Below are positions 45,753 to 56,114 of a DNA stretch of 64,000 bases, one piece after another. Location of the stretch: positions 1 to 64,000 of IMG/VR virus record IMGVR_UViG_3300028416_000501; one strand, given 5' to 3'. The position numbers and the translations under genes were made by a program. The notes below the pieces were generated by a model. That model did not search any database. It had not been told where the DNA came from and was given only the letters and a program-made list of their open reading frames with translations. The stretch is from a virus. Each line of letters starts with the position of its first letter. Position 1 is the first letter of the stretch.

Positions 45753-47053
45753 TATTTTTTCTTATCCATATCTGTTATAGTTTCATTAAATTTAGTAAAT
45801 GCCTCATATTTTTTATCATGCTTGTTATTATCAATACAAGACTGTAACCAACTAATTGCACCATTGATATGTGTTTCAAACATAAACCTTCGTTTAGTTT
45901 CACGTCTTTCGGGGGTCTTTAAGCTATCAAATACCCGTTTTAAGCCGTCTATTCCAGTTTGTAGTTGTTCAGGGCTTAGTACATTAGCATGCAAGAAATC
46001 AGGCCATTGTACGCGGCTTGTATGCCAATTTACCCCTAATTCATATACAATAGCTTCAGCTGTAGCACCTAATTCCATAGCATTCATGCCACTTATACAG
46101 GTAGTTCCTTTAATAACATCTAAGTTATCAAGCTCTCGTTTAACTAATTCAATATTGCTTTTTAATAAATCCCAATCAGATCCTCTACGAATCATATGAT
46201 TAAGATCTTTGTGTCCATCAATACTAATAGTTAATTTAATACTTTTAAATTTTTTCCATAAGTCTATTACATTAGTTTTACCTAGTTTCATAATACTTAA
46301 ATTTGTACTATATTTTAATGTAACATTTTCTGGATGTTTAACACTTTCCAATACACGATAATGTATTGGATCCATTAATGGCTCACCGCCAGCAAATTCT
46401 AATTCATCAACATGTTCCATGAGTTCAACTAGGTGCCCAACAAATTTCTCATCTTTTTCATACAAGTTCATTACTCGAGACGTACGAAGGTTGTTACTAT
46501 CTACAATCTGATCAATATATTTTTGATCTCCTGCACTATAAAATTTAGAAACATTATCCCAATCTGTTACCCACTTTGAACTGTCTTTTGGCCAACACAT
46601 TCTACATTTAAAATTACATACATTACTAAGTTTTAATTCTAGTAAAGGTATTTTAAATTCTACTTCTCTGTTAATTAAATAATGCTTTACATTTTCTCTG
46701 TAAATTTCTTTATCCATTAAATCAGTAAGTCTGTTTAAACGTAAACTAACGATTTCATTATCTTCCATCTTCCAACAATTATTACATTGTGTTGGTTTTT
46801 CTCCAACAATAAGAGCATCACGTATTTCGTTCATGTATTCACTATGCCAGTAATCTTTTAAATCAAAGTCTGTATTCTTTACATTAGGATTTCCATCTTC
46901 GGGTGGTTGTGCTCTACAACAAAGTTTTATCTCACCATGTGGCATTGTACTAATATGTGAAAATGGTAATGGACAAAATGTATCCTTTGTTACAGGTAAT
47001 CCTGCTAATTTAGATTCAGCTCTATCTTTAAATGTATTGTAATTATTCTTCAT
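45752..47053 (-). CDS. Radical SAM protein with N-terminal twitch-type domain
   Basis: CPLPF...CC...CNNCW, CNFKCRMC, AGGEP. Confidence 0.9.
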   Translation of the reverse strand: MKNNYNTFKDRAESKLAGLPVTKDTFCPLPFSHISTMPHGEIKLCCRAQPPEDGNPNVKNTDFDLKDYWHSEYMNEIRDALIVGEKPTQCNNCWKMEDNEIVSLRLNRLTDLMDKEIYRENVKHYLINREVEFKIPLLELKLSNVCNFKCRMCWPKDSSKWVTDWDNVSKFYSAGDQKYIDQIVDSNNLRTSRVMNLYEKDEKFVGHLVELMEHVDELEFAGGEPLMDPIHYRVLESVKHPENVTLKYSTNLSIMKLGKTNVIDLWKKFKSIKLTISIDGHKDLNHMIRRGSDWDLLKSNIELVKRELDNLDVIKGTTCISGMNAMELGATAEAIVYELGVNWHTSRVQWPDFLHANVLSPEQLQTGIDGLKRVFDSLKTPERRETKRRFMFETHINGAISWLQSCIDNNKHDKKYEAFTKFNETITDMDKKK

Positions 47054-47375
47054 CTTTGCCTATCCGTAATCTGTGTACGTGTTCTGGTAATGCCTTTGAT
47101 AATTGTACATCTGCAGAACAAATACATCTGGGCTTATTACATATAATAGTTTCTTTAGGCATTTCAAATCCATCATAAATATTTCCCAACTTACCGCCTA
47201 CTTTACATATAGCTCTATATACATCACCTGTATTGCTTATAGTAATATTTTGCACGCCTGCCCAACATTCCCAACCACGGAAATCATTCTCATCGCGAGC
47301 CATAACACTATTTGCATTATCTTCTTCGCTTGTACCATCCTTGTAGTGTACAATAATATTTTTAAAATTGCTCAT
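47043..47375 (-). CDS. Stand-alone twitch/SPASM-like Fe-S domain
   Basis: FRGWECWAG...C...LGNI...C...CICSAD, homologous to the C-terminus of 43733-44899. Confidence 0.75.
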   Translation of the reverse strand: MSNFKNIIVHYKDGTSEEDNANSVMARDENDFRGWECWAGVQNITISNTGDVYRAICKVGGKLGNIYDGFEMPKETIICNKPRCICSADVQLSKALPEHVHRLRIGKDEE

Positions 47376-48597
47376 AAAATTCCTTAAATGTCTGATGGAA
47401 TTTTTCTTTTCTTATTGAATCTAATTCAAAATTTTGTTGTGTAAAATTATTCCATTCTTTTGGATCTGGTCGTCGACTATACATGTACTCCACTGCATTA
47501 GCAATCCATTTAGATTTAGTATCTCTATACTTTGTGCTGATAATATTTTTTATATGTTGAGGCATTATGTGTATAGCATGCTGGCCTACATTTACATAAT
47601 GATTGGGCGGTATGTTAGTGTTTCCTTCTATAAAATCTGCAAATTCTAAATTAGAAAATTCTTTATAAATTTCTTCTAAATAGAATATATTAAATACGCT
47701 TATAGCAGGGTCTAAAGTAGAAAAATATTTCTCAACATTGTTTAATTTTTGAAATTTAACTAGATTATTTCTTACTTCTTCCCAATTAGCTAATTTACGC
47801 TGGTAGTTAAATCTCTCATCAATATCATCTATACTTAATGCAAAGTTTACTTTCTTAAAATTATTATATAGGTCAAAGTTTTCTTCAGTAGGAAAGTATG
47901 TTCCGTTTGTATTGTATCCTATTGTTATTTTACTTGTATCTATGTTTGGATGATCAACTAATGCCTGTATTAGTTGAAAATGCTCGGGAACCATAAAAGG
48001 TTCGCCTCCCATAAAATGTAAAAACTCTATCGATTCCATTTCATTAATGTCGTTCCAAATTTTAGGATCATCTATCCAATTACAAGATTGTGTATATTTA
48101 AATGCATTTGAATCTTTAAATTTTACTCCAGGCTGATCTAATTCTGCCGTGTCTTTTGTCCAACTACTACTACCATGCACACCGCATATTCTACATTTTA
48201 AGTTACATCTATTTCCTGGTTTTATTTCTAACCATTTTAATTTCATATCTGGATATTTTCCAGTTTGCATAAATTCTTCAGTTGTGCCTCTGCTCCATGC
48301 ACTCGTTGAGAATTTTGCTCTAATTTCTGGATCTTCCCAACATTGGTGACATGCAGGGTGCTTTTCGTTACGTTTAAAACTCTCCATAAATTCAAATCTT
48401 ACTGGATCGTTGTATACTTCTTGTATTGTTTTATTACTAATATTTAAATCAAAAGGATCTCCCATGCAGCAAGGTCTTATTGATCCATTAGTTTCAACTG
48501 CCATATGCATAAATGGCAAAGCACAAAAGTTATTACCTGGTTTCTTCAGCCATGTTTTTAAATTATCTGCCACTGTCAAATCCTTTGCTAGTTTCAT
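47362..48597 (-). CDS. Radical SAM protein with N-terminal twitch-type domain
   Basis: CALPF...CC...CHQCW, CNLKCRIC, MGGEP. Confidence 0.9.
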   Translation of the reverse strand: MKLAKDLTVADNLKTWLKKPGNNFCALPFMHMAVETNGSIRPCCMGDPFDLNISNKTIQEVYNDPVRFEFMESFKRNEKHPACHQCWEDPEIRAKFSTSAWSRGTTEEFMQTGKYPDMKLKWLEIKPGNRCNLKCRICGVHGSSSWTKDTAELDQPGVKFKDSNAFKYTQSCNWIDDPKIWNDINEMESIEFLHFMGGEPFMVPEHFQLIQALVDHPNIDTSKITIGYNTNGTYFPTEENFDLYNNFKKVNFALSIDDIDERFNYQRKLANWEEVRNNLVKFQKLNNVEKYFSTLDPAISVFNIFYLEEIYKEFSNLEFADFIEGNTNIPPNHYVNVGQHAIHIMPQHIKNIISTKYRDTKSKWIANAVEYMYSRRPDPKEWNNFTQQNFELDSIRKEKFHQTFKEFYEQF

Positions 48598-48919
48598 TAT
48601 AACCTATACCTGGATGATCTTGATTTTTCTTTAGACATAATCGTAAACATGGTTCTGGCAAATCTAATGTTTCATGTCCCTTTAGTATTGCGTTGAATAC
48701 ATCTGATTCATATATTTCTGCCATTGTACTAGTTCTTATATTTAACTTTGACATATCTAAATTATTTTCTTCAGCCCATGCTTCTAAATATTTCCAGTTG
48801 CAACGGGATCCATACAAATTGCAAGGCCTAACATTACCTGAGGATCCTAATTGAATAGGAAATTTCCCACTGTCATCCTTTCTGCATTTAGGGTCTATTA
48901 ATGGGTTAATTTTATACAT
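48563..48919 (-). CDS. Stand-alone SPASM/twitch-like domain
   Basis: PKC...GNVRPC...PEPCLRLC; start moved to ATG 48919 overlapping the upstream stop. Confidence 0.6.
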   Translation of the reverse strand: MYKINPLIDPKCRKDDSGKFPIQLGSSGNVRPCNLYGSRCNWKYLEAWAEENNLDMSKLNIRTSTMAEIYESDVFNAILKGHETLDLPEPCLRLCLKKNQDHPGIGYNETSKGFDSGR

Positions 48920-49535
48920 ATGGATTATTCTCCCCTGGTAGCATTCCATAATTATCTTCACCACGCAAACTTACTACAGGATTAAATTTATCAAATCCCA
49001 AATCCATTGCCATTTTCCTAGCAGTATCAACTTGATGTTCGTTGTATTTAAAAATTAAGAATTTCCATTCTAGTTTGGGTCTTCTTTCTTTTGGTATACT
49101 AGTCATCCATTTTACTCCAGTCATTATTTGTTTCCATTTTGAATTTATTCTGTATATATGATTAGTATCTTCTAGACCATCTATACTAAAAGTAAACATA
49201 GAACCTTTCCAATCTTGCTCTGCAGCCGCTTGCCAAAACTTTTCTGGCTTTGCACTGCCATTTGTATGGACTTCTAAGTATTTTCCTGCTTTAATAAAAT
49301 AGTCACAAATTTCTAAAAAATCTGGGTGGTATATTGCATCACCGTAACAACCAACTATCATATACTTGCGGAAGGCTGTAGTATCTGCTATCTTAAATAA
49401 TAACTCTTTATCTAAGTGTCCTGCATCCCATATTTGCTTGCCTTCTGGGTCATGCATTCTCGAACAAGCTGGACATTGTAACACACATTTACTAGTTATT
49501 TCGATTTCTAATTCATCTTTATGTTGATTAAGCAT
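48912..49535 (-). CDS. Short radical SAM core protein
   Basis: CVLQCPAC, GCYGDA, HTNGS, FSIDG. Confidence 0.85.
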   Translation of the reverse strand: MLNQHKDELEIEITSKCVLQCPACSRMHDPEGKQIWDAGHLDKELLFKIADTTAFRKYMIVGCYGDAIYHPDFLEICDYFIKAGKYLEVHTNGSAKPEKFWQAAAEQDWKGSMFTFSIDGLEDTNHIYRINSKWKQIMTGVKWMTSIPKERRPKLEWKFLIFKYNEHQVDTARKMAMDLGFDKFNPVVSLRGEDNYGMLPGENNPYV

Positions 49536-50244
49536 TTTCTCTCAGCCAACTTTCTTCTTCTACACTATAGTATTGTCCTGCAAACTTTTCAGTTTCACTA
49601 TGTGTGGGATGAATTCCTAACATGCCGTCGGCATATGGTTTATTCCAACCTGTACGATCCATGTTAACACGTGGTCGAATTTTTCTTATAGTGTATTCAA
49701 CACCACATTCTTTTAGTTCGTCTATGATTTCTTTCCACTGTACTAAGTGTCCTGGCAATGCCATAATATGAACATGCATACCTTTATATTCATCTTTAGC
49801 TCTATATTCTTGTATTTCTTTCCACATACCTGTGATGTTATTAATAACTTTCTCATGATATGCAAATTCAAAGTGATAACTTATAATAACATAATGTAAG
49901 TATGGCAATGCTTTTTTATATATCTTAGGCGGTGGACTTCCATTAGTTGTTACACTACATCTGTATACGCCATTTTCTTTGGCATATTTTAACATGTCAA
50001 TAAACTGTGGATGTACAAACGGCTCTCCGCCTGTAAAACTAATTTTAATCTTTTTGCCATTTGATGCTTCTACTATTTTATCTATTGTATTTGTATACAC
50101 TTCCCAACTCATATGTTCGCTAGTTTTATTGTGTAGTTCATTACCACAATAACTACAGTTGTAATTGCAACGTTTGCCTAAGTTCCATTCAACTCTAAGC
50201 AGTTCGTCTTTTGGTGCGTGATTATCTTCTAAGGCTACTAGCAT
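49528..50244 (-). CDS. Radical SAM core protein lacking its auxiliary domain
   Basis: VEWNLGKRCNYNCSYC, TGGEP; paralog of the 43733-44899 N-terminus. Confidence 0.88.
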   Translation of the reverse strand: MLVALEDNHAPKDELLRVEWNLGKRCNYNCSYCGNELHNKTSEHMSWEVYTNTIDKIVEASNGKKIKISFTGGEPFVHPQFIDMLKYAKENGVYRCSVTTNGSPPPKIYKKALPYLHYVIISYHFEFAYHEKVINNITGMWKEIQEYRAKDEYKGMHVHIMALPGHLVQWKEIIDELKECGVEYTIRKIRPRVNMDRTGWNKPYADGMLGIHPTHSETEKFAGQYYSVEEESWLRENA

Positions 50245-51416
50245 TAAAAATATTCCTTTAGTTGAGGCACTGCGTTTAATACACTGTCTCCTCGCATTTT
50301 ATCTAAGTCGTTTGTAAAGTTGATAAATGTTTCCCATAGCTCTGGGTTAAATGTTCTGGTCTTCATACTCTCTACTAGCTTGTCAAAATCATCAAATAGA
50401 GATAAGTTTTTAATTGCTTGATCTCGTAAATCATCTGGTAAGTTCATTGGACTTAAATATGCTGGTTTATTACAAATAGTGGTGAAACTACTGTTTGCAC
50501 TTACTTTACTATATTTATCTTCCATTTCGTGAAGGAAAAAATGTAAGTCTGGTAAGTTAAAAACATTATAATTCTGTAGTGTTACATTAAACATAATCTG
50601 TACATTGTCTAATTCGTTATACATTGCTAATGTTTTCTCAAAATCTTCTAATTGATATTTGCCACCTCTGATGTATCTATATAGCTCTCCTGTGCCTTCT
50701 ATACTAAAACATATACTAACACGTTTAAACTGTTTTAGCAAGTTTAATATTTTAGGATTAACTACTGTACCATTTGTTGTATAAAATAATTCTACATCAG
50801 TCATATCTTCTTCAATAAGCCATTGTAGGAATTGATTGTGATGTTTTGCCATCATGGGCTCACCACCTTTAAAGTCTATGCGTTTTACATCTTTTAGATG
50901 CGGTAGCATATTGCGTAAATCTTCTAATCCATATTGTTGTAATGGAACTGGATTACTATTTTTCTCATATCGTTTGTCTATTTTAGCAAGTGCTAGTTCT
51001 TCTTCAAACCAACTGTTACTTGCCCAACTTCCACACATACGACATTTTAAGTTACACACATTTGATAAGTTAATGTCTGCTTGATAGAACTTAGGGTTAG
51101 GAACTTTATATGTGTCTGGTGTATTGCCATTTATAAAGTCTGCATCAGATTTCATAAACTTCTTATTAAACCATAAGCGTCTACTTTGACCTACCAAATC
51201 TTCTCTTTCCCAACAACTATTACAAGCACTAGGTTGTATACCTTTTAAAAAATCTTTACGTAATTCTCGCATACGCTCACTGTCAAAGTTTTCCATGATA
51301 GTATCATGTTCAGTGTTTGGCCTGCGTCCTTTGTTGCTGAACTGACAACAAGGTTTTATATCACCATTTGCACTTAGTGTAATTGCATGCCAGGGCATGT
51401 AACAAAATTTATTCAT
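50244..51416 (-). CDS. Radical SAM protein with N-terminal twitch-type domain
   Basis: CYMPW...CC...CNSCW, CNLKCRMC, KGGEP; start moved to 51416. Confidence 0.9.
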   Translation of the reverse strand: MNKFCYMPWHAITLSANGDIKPCCQFSNKGRRPNTEHDTIMENFDSERMRELRKDFLKGIQPSACNSCWEREDLVGQSRRLWFNKKFMKSDADFINGNTPDTYKVPNPKFYQADINLSNVCNLKCRMCGSWASNSWFEEELALAKIDKRYEKNSNPVPLQQYGLEDLRNMLPHLKDVKRIDFKGGEPMMAKHHNQFLQWLIEEDMTDVELFYTTNGTVVNPKILNLLKQFKRVSICFSIEGTGELYRYIRGGKYQLEDFEKTLAMYNELDNVQIMFNVTLQNYNVFNLPDLHFFLHEMEDKYSKVSANSSFTTICNKPAYLSPMNLPDDLRDQAIKNLSLFDDFDKLVESMKTRTFNPELWETFINFTNDLDKMRGDSVLNAVPQLKEYF

Positions 51417-51972
51417 TTGGCCAATCCGTTTGTATGGGGTCAATGCTAAGTTCATTTACATTTAAATGATATGGCATATTAATTACATATTCAATCATAT
51501 CAACTGCATCATTAAGTTGCATTACTGCTCTACCTGGATGCTTGTGTGCATTGTTCTCTAATGTGCCAAATGTAACATAACTTACTTTAGGTCCACCTGC
51601 CCAAATGCTTTTTAACCCTAATGCGTTGCTTGTGCTACGCAAAGCCTTCTTTTCTTGTTGATAATGCCAATCGCTACCTTTCGTAGCTCTGTCTGTTGTA
51701 CTGCCTAACGACACTATATGCAGTCGTTTAAGGTTCTTTAAGGCGTTCTTATAGACTACATCTAGTAGCAAAGTTTGATGGTACTGCCATAATGCACTAC
51801 AGTTAATAAAGACGTCATAATTAAGAGCCTTATTTGCTAACTTGTCTTTGTACCCGTTTTGCGTTAAATCATAGTTCCAGTCAGTTCTACTAACAAATTG
51901 CGTATCTGGCCAGCGTTCTGCTATAGCACTTGCTACACCAAACTCTGGGTTTCCTGTACATAAAATCTTCAT
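51409..51972 (-). CDS. Short-chain dehydrogenase/reductase-like protein
   Basis: ILCTGNPEFGVA Rossmann loop, VFINCS, LGS, YQQEK (YxxxK). Confidence 0.75.
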   Translation of the reverse strand: MKILCTGNPEFGVASAIAERWPDTQFVSRTDWNYDLTQNGYKDKLANKALNYDVFINCSALWQYHQTLLLDVVYKNALKNLKRLHIVSLGSTTDRATKGSDWHYQQEKKALRSTSNALGLKSIWAGGPKVSYVTFGTLENNAHKHPGRAVMQLNDAVDMIEYVINMPYHLNVNELSIDPIQTDWPNE

Positions 51973-53123
51973 TTAATTCTCCATGGTAGATAACTTTGGT
52001 AATCTAATTTCTTAGCAGGTCCAAATATGTCTACAAATTTTTTAAAATTCTCTTCGTCTTCTTTTGATTTATTATTCATACTATGCACTAAATGGTCTAT
52101 AATGTTATTAACATTTGTTATTTCACGATTTGTAAAATTGTAATCATCAAGCATAAGCATATACTTTAGTTCTACTATTGCGTGTTCTATTATATCGTTG
52201 GGTGCAACATGTGTACTTAAATATGGTCTTGTTACAATTGTTGTAAAGTGAAACCTTGCATCTGAATTAGAATTATTTTCAATAAAATACTTAATCATTT
52301 CAGGCAATTGGTGTACATTAAAACAATGCACTACTGCAAGATAAGTATGAGTTAAGTTAGTTTGTTCCTTCATTAGGTTATGTTGTTTTTCCCACCAAGA
52401 CCAATCATGTGGGCTTCTTACTAAACTATATAATTCTTTTATTCCATCAATGCTTATACCAAAGTCCACGTGTTTAAATTGTTTTAATAATTTATAGTGT
52501 TCTTTGTTTGCACTTCCGTTAGTTGAGAACTTTATCTTTTTATCAGTGGATCCTTTTTTAATAAGAGTTTCTAATATAGTTGTACATTGCTTTGTAAAGA
52601 ATGGCTCACCACCGTCTAAATTTATTTCATGTGCTGAATCTAATGCATCTATATAATTTTCCCAATTGTCTAAATATATACCACTGAATGCTTTTTGTGA
52701 TATTTCAGGATCTTTGTCTATGGAATATATCTCATGGTTACTGCCTAATTTTTTATATTCTTTTGCTATTATGCTACTTCTGGCAGGCCTACATATGTTA
52801 CAATTTTTATTACATATGTTTCCAAAACTTAACCAAACTCTTTTTATATCTGTTTCAGTTAACATGCCATCTTTTCTATTTTGTTGTAAACGCTGACTGT
52901 CTTCACCTTTGTCTTCTTTAATCCAACAGTTATGGCAACCTTTATCTCTTTCGCCATTGAGCATTTTACGTTTTAGTTCTTTTAACCAATCACTGTCTAA
53001 ATAATCTTGTACGCTTTCTAAACCTTTATCTCTTTTACCTCTATATGTACAACAAGGGCCCAAGTCACCAACATTATCATAGTGAATTGTTTTCCATGGT
53101 TCGTTACAATAGGTACTAGACAT
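51969..53123 (-). CDS. Radical SAM protein with N-terminal twitch-type domain
   Basis: CNEPW...CC...CHNCW, CNKNCNIC, DGGEP; start moved to 53123. Confidence 0.9.
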   Translation of the reverse strand: MSSTYCNEPWKTIHYDNVGDLGPCCTYRGKRDKGLESVQDYLDSDWLKELKRKMLNGERDKGCHNCWIKEDKGEDSQRLQQNRKDGMLTETDIKRVWLSFGNICNKNCNICRPARSSIIAKEYKKLGSNHEIYSIDKDPEISQKAFSGIYLDNWENYIDALDSAHEINLDGGEPFFTKQCTTILETLIKKGSTDKKIKFSTNGSANKEHYKLLKQFKHVDFGISIDGIKELYSLVRSPHDWSWWEKQHNLMKEQTNLTHTYLAVVHCFNVHQLPEMIKYFIENNSNSDARFHFTTIVTRPYLSTHVAPNDIIEHAIVELKYMLMLDDYNFTNREITNVNNIIDHLVHSMNNKSKEDEENFKKFVDIFGPAKKLDYQSYLPWRIK

Positions 53124-54333
53124 ATGGCTTGAACTCCGGTGCAACATCTAACAAGTTACCTTTTTGTAAATCATCTGTTTTTGTATTAAAGTCTACAAAC
53201 TCTTTCCAACGCTTTTCATACCAATCTTCAGACCACATATACTTGATACAGTCTGCTACTTTTGGTATGTCTAAATAAGGTTGTAAGTTTTGCTCGGCGA
53301 GCTGTTTTAGTTCTTTTGGTAGAGAACGTATGTTATACATTTCTGGGTGATTAAGAATATTTAAATATATGTCTTTGTCAGGAATACCTTTGCTTCGTGT
53401 CCAGTCAAACAGTTCACTCATAGCACACATGTTTAGTACTTGTACTGTACAATGCACTTGAATGTACACATTTGGTAGTGCTAATAGTTTATCAAATGTT
53501 TCTACTATTTTACCCCAACTGCTTGGATACCTAACATATCTATCTCTATCGCCAGTTGCATCAATACTACAATTAAGTTGCACACCTTTAAAATGACTCC
53601 AATAGTCAATCATTTTTTGTGGAATGTTTGTAAGGTTAGTGTTGTACTTTAGTTTAATATTACTTGCCAGATCGTTTTCAATACAATAATCAAATAATGC
53701 ATATTGACTAGTTGCAAGTGTAGGCTCACCGCCTGTTAAATAAATTTCTTCAATTGTATGTGCTATCTCTACAAAGTTTAATCCTGTTTGTTTACGGTCT
53801 GGCCATACTTTCATAACTTCCATGTAGTCTAGTTCGTCACTGTTTAGTGGCTCATTGGGTGTAAGCTCTGCAAGTCCAGTTACTTTATTCCAGTCTTTAA
53901 CCCACATGCTACTACTCCATGGGTTACACATTCTACATTTTAAGTTACACAGGTTACCTAAACGCAAGTCTACATAACGAATGTCTAATGGTATTTCTTC
54001 TGCTACTTTTACATTGTCTTTGTACCACTTCTCATTGTAACCTATGCGTGGACTACGTATACCTGCATCTTCTTCACGGAAACATCTTTGACATGTTTCT
54101 GGACGCTCTCCGTCTATAAACTCTTTGCGAATGTTTTTATACCATTCACTGTTCCATACATCATTAATATCATCTTTGAATATTCTATATGCTTTGCCAC
54201 TGCCATCGTCTTTTAATACTTTGTTGTTAGCAGGGTTACTGTTACAACAAACACGAAAGCCACCGCCAGGGTTAACTGCGGCGTGCATAAATGGTAATAC
54301 ACAAAATGTATCGCTTGGTAATTTTTTACTCAT
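53116..54333 (-). CDS. Radical SAM protein with N-terminal twitch-type domain
   Basis: CVLPF...CC...CQRC, CNLKCRMC, TGGEP. Confidence 0.9.
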   Translation of the reverse strand: MSKKLPSDTFCVLPFMHAAVNPGGGFRVCCNSNPANNKVLKDDGSGKAYRIFKDDINDVWNSEWYKNIRKEFIDGERPETCQRCFREEDAGIRSPRIGYNEKWYKDNVKVAEEIPLDIRYVDLRLGNLCNLKCRMCNPWSSSMWVKDWNKVTGLAELTPNEPLNSDELDYMEVMKVWPDRKQTGLNFVEIAHTIEEIYLTGGEPTLATSQYALFDYCIENDLASNIKLKYNTNLTNIPQKMIDYWSHFKGVQLNCSIDATGDRDRYVRYPSSWGKIVETFDKLLALPNVYIQVHCTVQVLNMCAMSELFDWTRSKGIPDKDIYLNILNHPEMYNIRSLPKELKQLAEQNLQPYLDIPKVADCIKYMWSEDWYEKRWKEFVDFNTKTDDLQKGNLLDVAPEFKPYV

Positions 54334-55381
54334 CTTCAAAAAACTCCGGACAAACTTTTCTAAAATTTGTACCCATTAATCTATCTTTTATTTCCATATG
54401 TTTAAGCAACTCCTTAAATGCATTCTCATCATATTTGTATTGAGAAGTTATATTATATCTTTTTCTTAATTTGTCATTTAGACTTGCATAAGTTAAATAT
54501 GCTGGTCTATATATTTCTACACTTTTACTAAACGATATTTTTAAATCTTTTGCCCACTGTGCCGCTGATTCATTTTGTGATGCATTAACCGACATAGGCA
54601 GATAATTTATATTTAAATGAAACTTATCTGGATAATGATTTTCTATTTGCTTAAACTTTATTAAATTAGCCTCTACTTCTTTCCAATTAGCTCCTGCTCT
54701 AATATATTCAAACTTATCTTCTATTCCATCTATACTTACTAAGAATACAACATCCTTAAATGTTAGTAACATTTCTAATAGCTCTGAATCAAGTGGTATA
54801 GTACCGTTTGTAATAATGCTTAGTCTAACAGAAGGAGATACTTCATCATCTACTAAACGTTTAATAATCTTTCTTACATGTGGAATCATTAAAGGCTCGC
54901 CACCTGTAAATTTTAAATACTTTGTATCATATAATGATGATAATATATCTGGTAAGATATCCTTATGCCAGCCTGTTTTCATCTTTGCTTCGACTTTGAC
55001 TAACCTATGCCAATCTTCGTCTGGATTTGCATTTACCATTGTATGCCATTTACTACTACTTAATGGGTTACACATTACGCAAGTCAAGTTGCATGTATTA
55101 TGTAATTTTAAATCCCAATACTGTATTCCTTGTGCTTCATTAAACCACTCGTTTGATTCCTGTCTTAAACTTTTCTTGCCTCTGTCTTCTTCTGCTTTAC
55201 ATTCATAACAGTTAGGTAGCCATTTTGTTAAACTTTCTTCATATAGTTCGTTAAACTTTTCTCTCCAACCTGGCTCATTATATCGCTGTTCGATATCAGA
55301 ATTCATATACATACAACAAGGTCTGACTTGTCCGCCAGGTCCTATTGTAACTCCATTTTTAAACATCAAACATTTTGGCAT
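54326..55381 (-). CDS. Radical SAM protein with N-terminal twitch-type domain
   Basis: C...RPCC...CYEC, CNLTCVMC, TGGEP. Confidence 0.9.
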   Translation of the reverse strand: MPKCLMFKNGVTIGPGGQVRPCCMYMNSDIEQRYNEPGWREKFNELYEESLTKWLPNCYECKAEEDRGKKSLRQESNEWFNEAQGIQYWDLKLHNTCNLTCVMCNPLSSSKWHTMVNANPDEDWHRLVKVEAKMKTGWHKDILPDILSSLYDTKYLKFTGGEPLMIPHVRKIIKRLVDDEVSPSVRLSIITNGTIPLDSELLEMLLTFKDVVFLVSIDGIEDKFEYIRAGANWKEVEANLIKFKQIENHYPDKFHLNINYLPMSVNASQNESAAQWAKDLKISFSKSVEIYRPAYLTYASLNDKLRKRYNITSQYKYDENAFKELLKHMEIKDRLMGTNFRKVCPEFFEDE

Positions 55382-56114
55382 AATTCTCGTTCACTTTATT
55401 TTTAAATTGATCACTTGGACCACCATCGAATATCATATGTATTCGAGGCTCATCGCTGCGGTTCCATACTGCATGATTGTGTCCTGTATTAATCTTTACT
55501 ACAAGACCGTTTTCATATGGCAATTTACCATATTCTTCTATTACTAAGTTGCAGTCTGTTGGATTGTTAATAGCAACATTAGTTGCGCCAAGTCCTGCTA
55601 ATTTATCTGTATCCTTGTGTGGCATAATCCAACCACCTGGCAATACTGCCATAAATCTAACACGGGTAAATTTATTATACAGCATTTCGTCTTGCATCCA
55701 TTGTTTCGTTTTAGGACAAAACTTTGCAATATCTGTCCAATCTGATAACTCATCTTCGGCACTATCTGGCAATCCATAATCTTCTGGGCAATTAGTATGT
55801 ACACTGCTCATACCATGAATACATGCACTTAACCAGCCGCCACTTCCTACTGCTCTATGAACTGTAAAACATTCTGCTTCTAATAGTGCAATTGCTTCTT
55901 TATGTATATCTTGCCACGGTACTGATATGTCTGGAACAGTAACCCACGGAACACATGTATTGTCCATTATATTATTAATGTCATTACATGTAAGTTGCAC
56001 GTTATCTGCAAGAGCAGGGTTTGTGTTAAAATTCTCCCATACTTCAAAGTATTCCTTTGTTTCGTTGTTAGCTTCTTCCCACCATGCTAAATTATTATAA
56101 TGTATCATATCCAT
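55359..56114 (-). CDS. 2OG-Fe(II) oxygenase, aspartyl/asparaginyl beta-hydroxylase-like
   Basis: RVRFMAVLPGGWIMPHKD, HNHAVWN, PRIHMI. Confidence 0.78.
   Translation of the reverse strand: MDMIHYNNLAWWEEANNETKEYFEVWENFNTNPALADNVQLTCNDINNIMDNTCVPWVTVPDISVPWQDIHKEAIALLEAECFTVHRAVGSGGWLSACIHGMSSVHTNCPEDYGLPDSAEDELSDWTDIAKFCPKTKQWMQDEMLYNKFTRVRFMAVLPGGWIMPHKDTDKLAGLGATNVAINNPTDCNLVIEEYGKLPYENGLVVKINTGHNHAVWNRSDEPRIHMIFDGGPSDQFKNKVNENYAKMFDV

Noticed and set aside
50512-50519. Additional ATAAATA matches inside genes as late promoters
   Set aside because: The 7-mer is expected often by chance in AT-rich DNA; only copies at or near gene starts were kept
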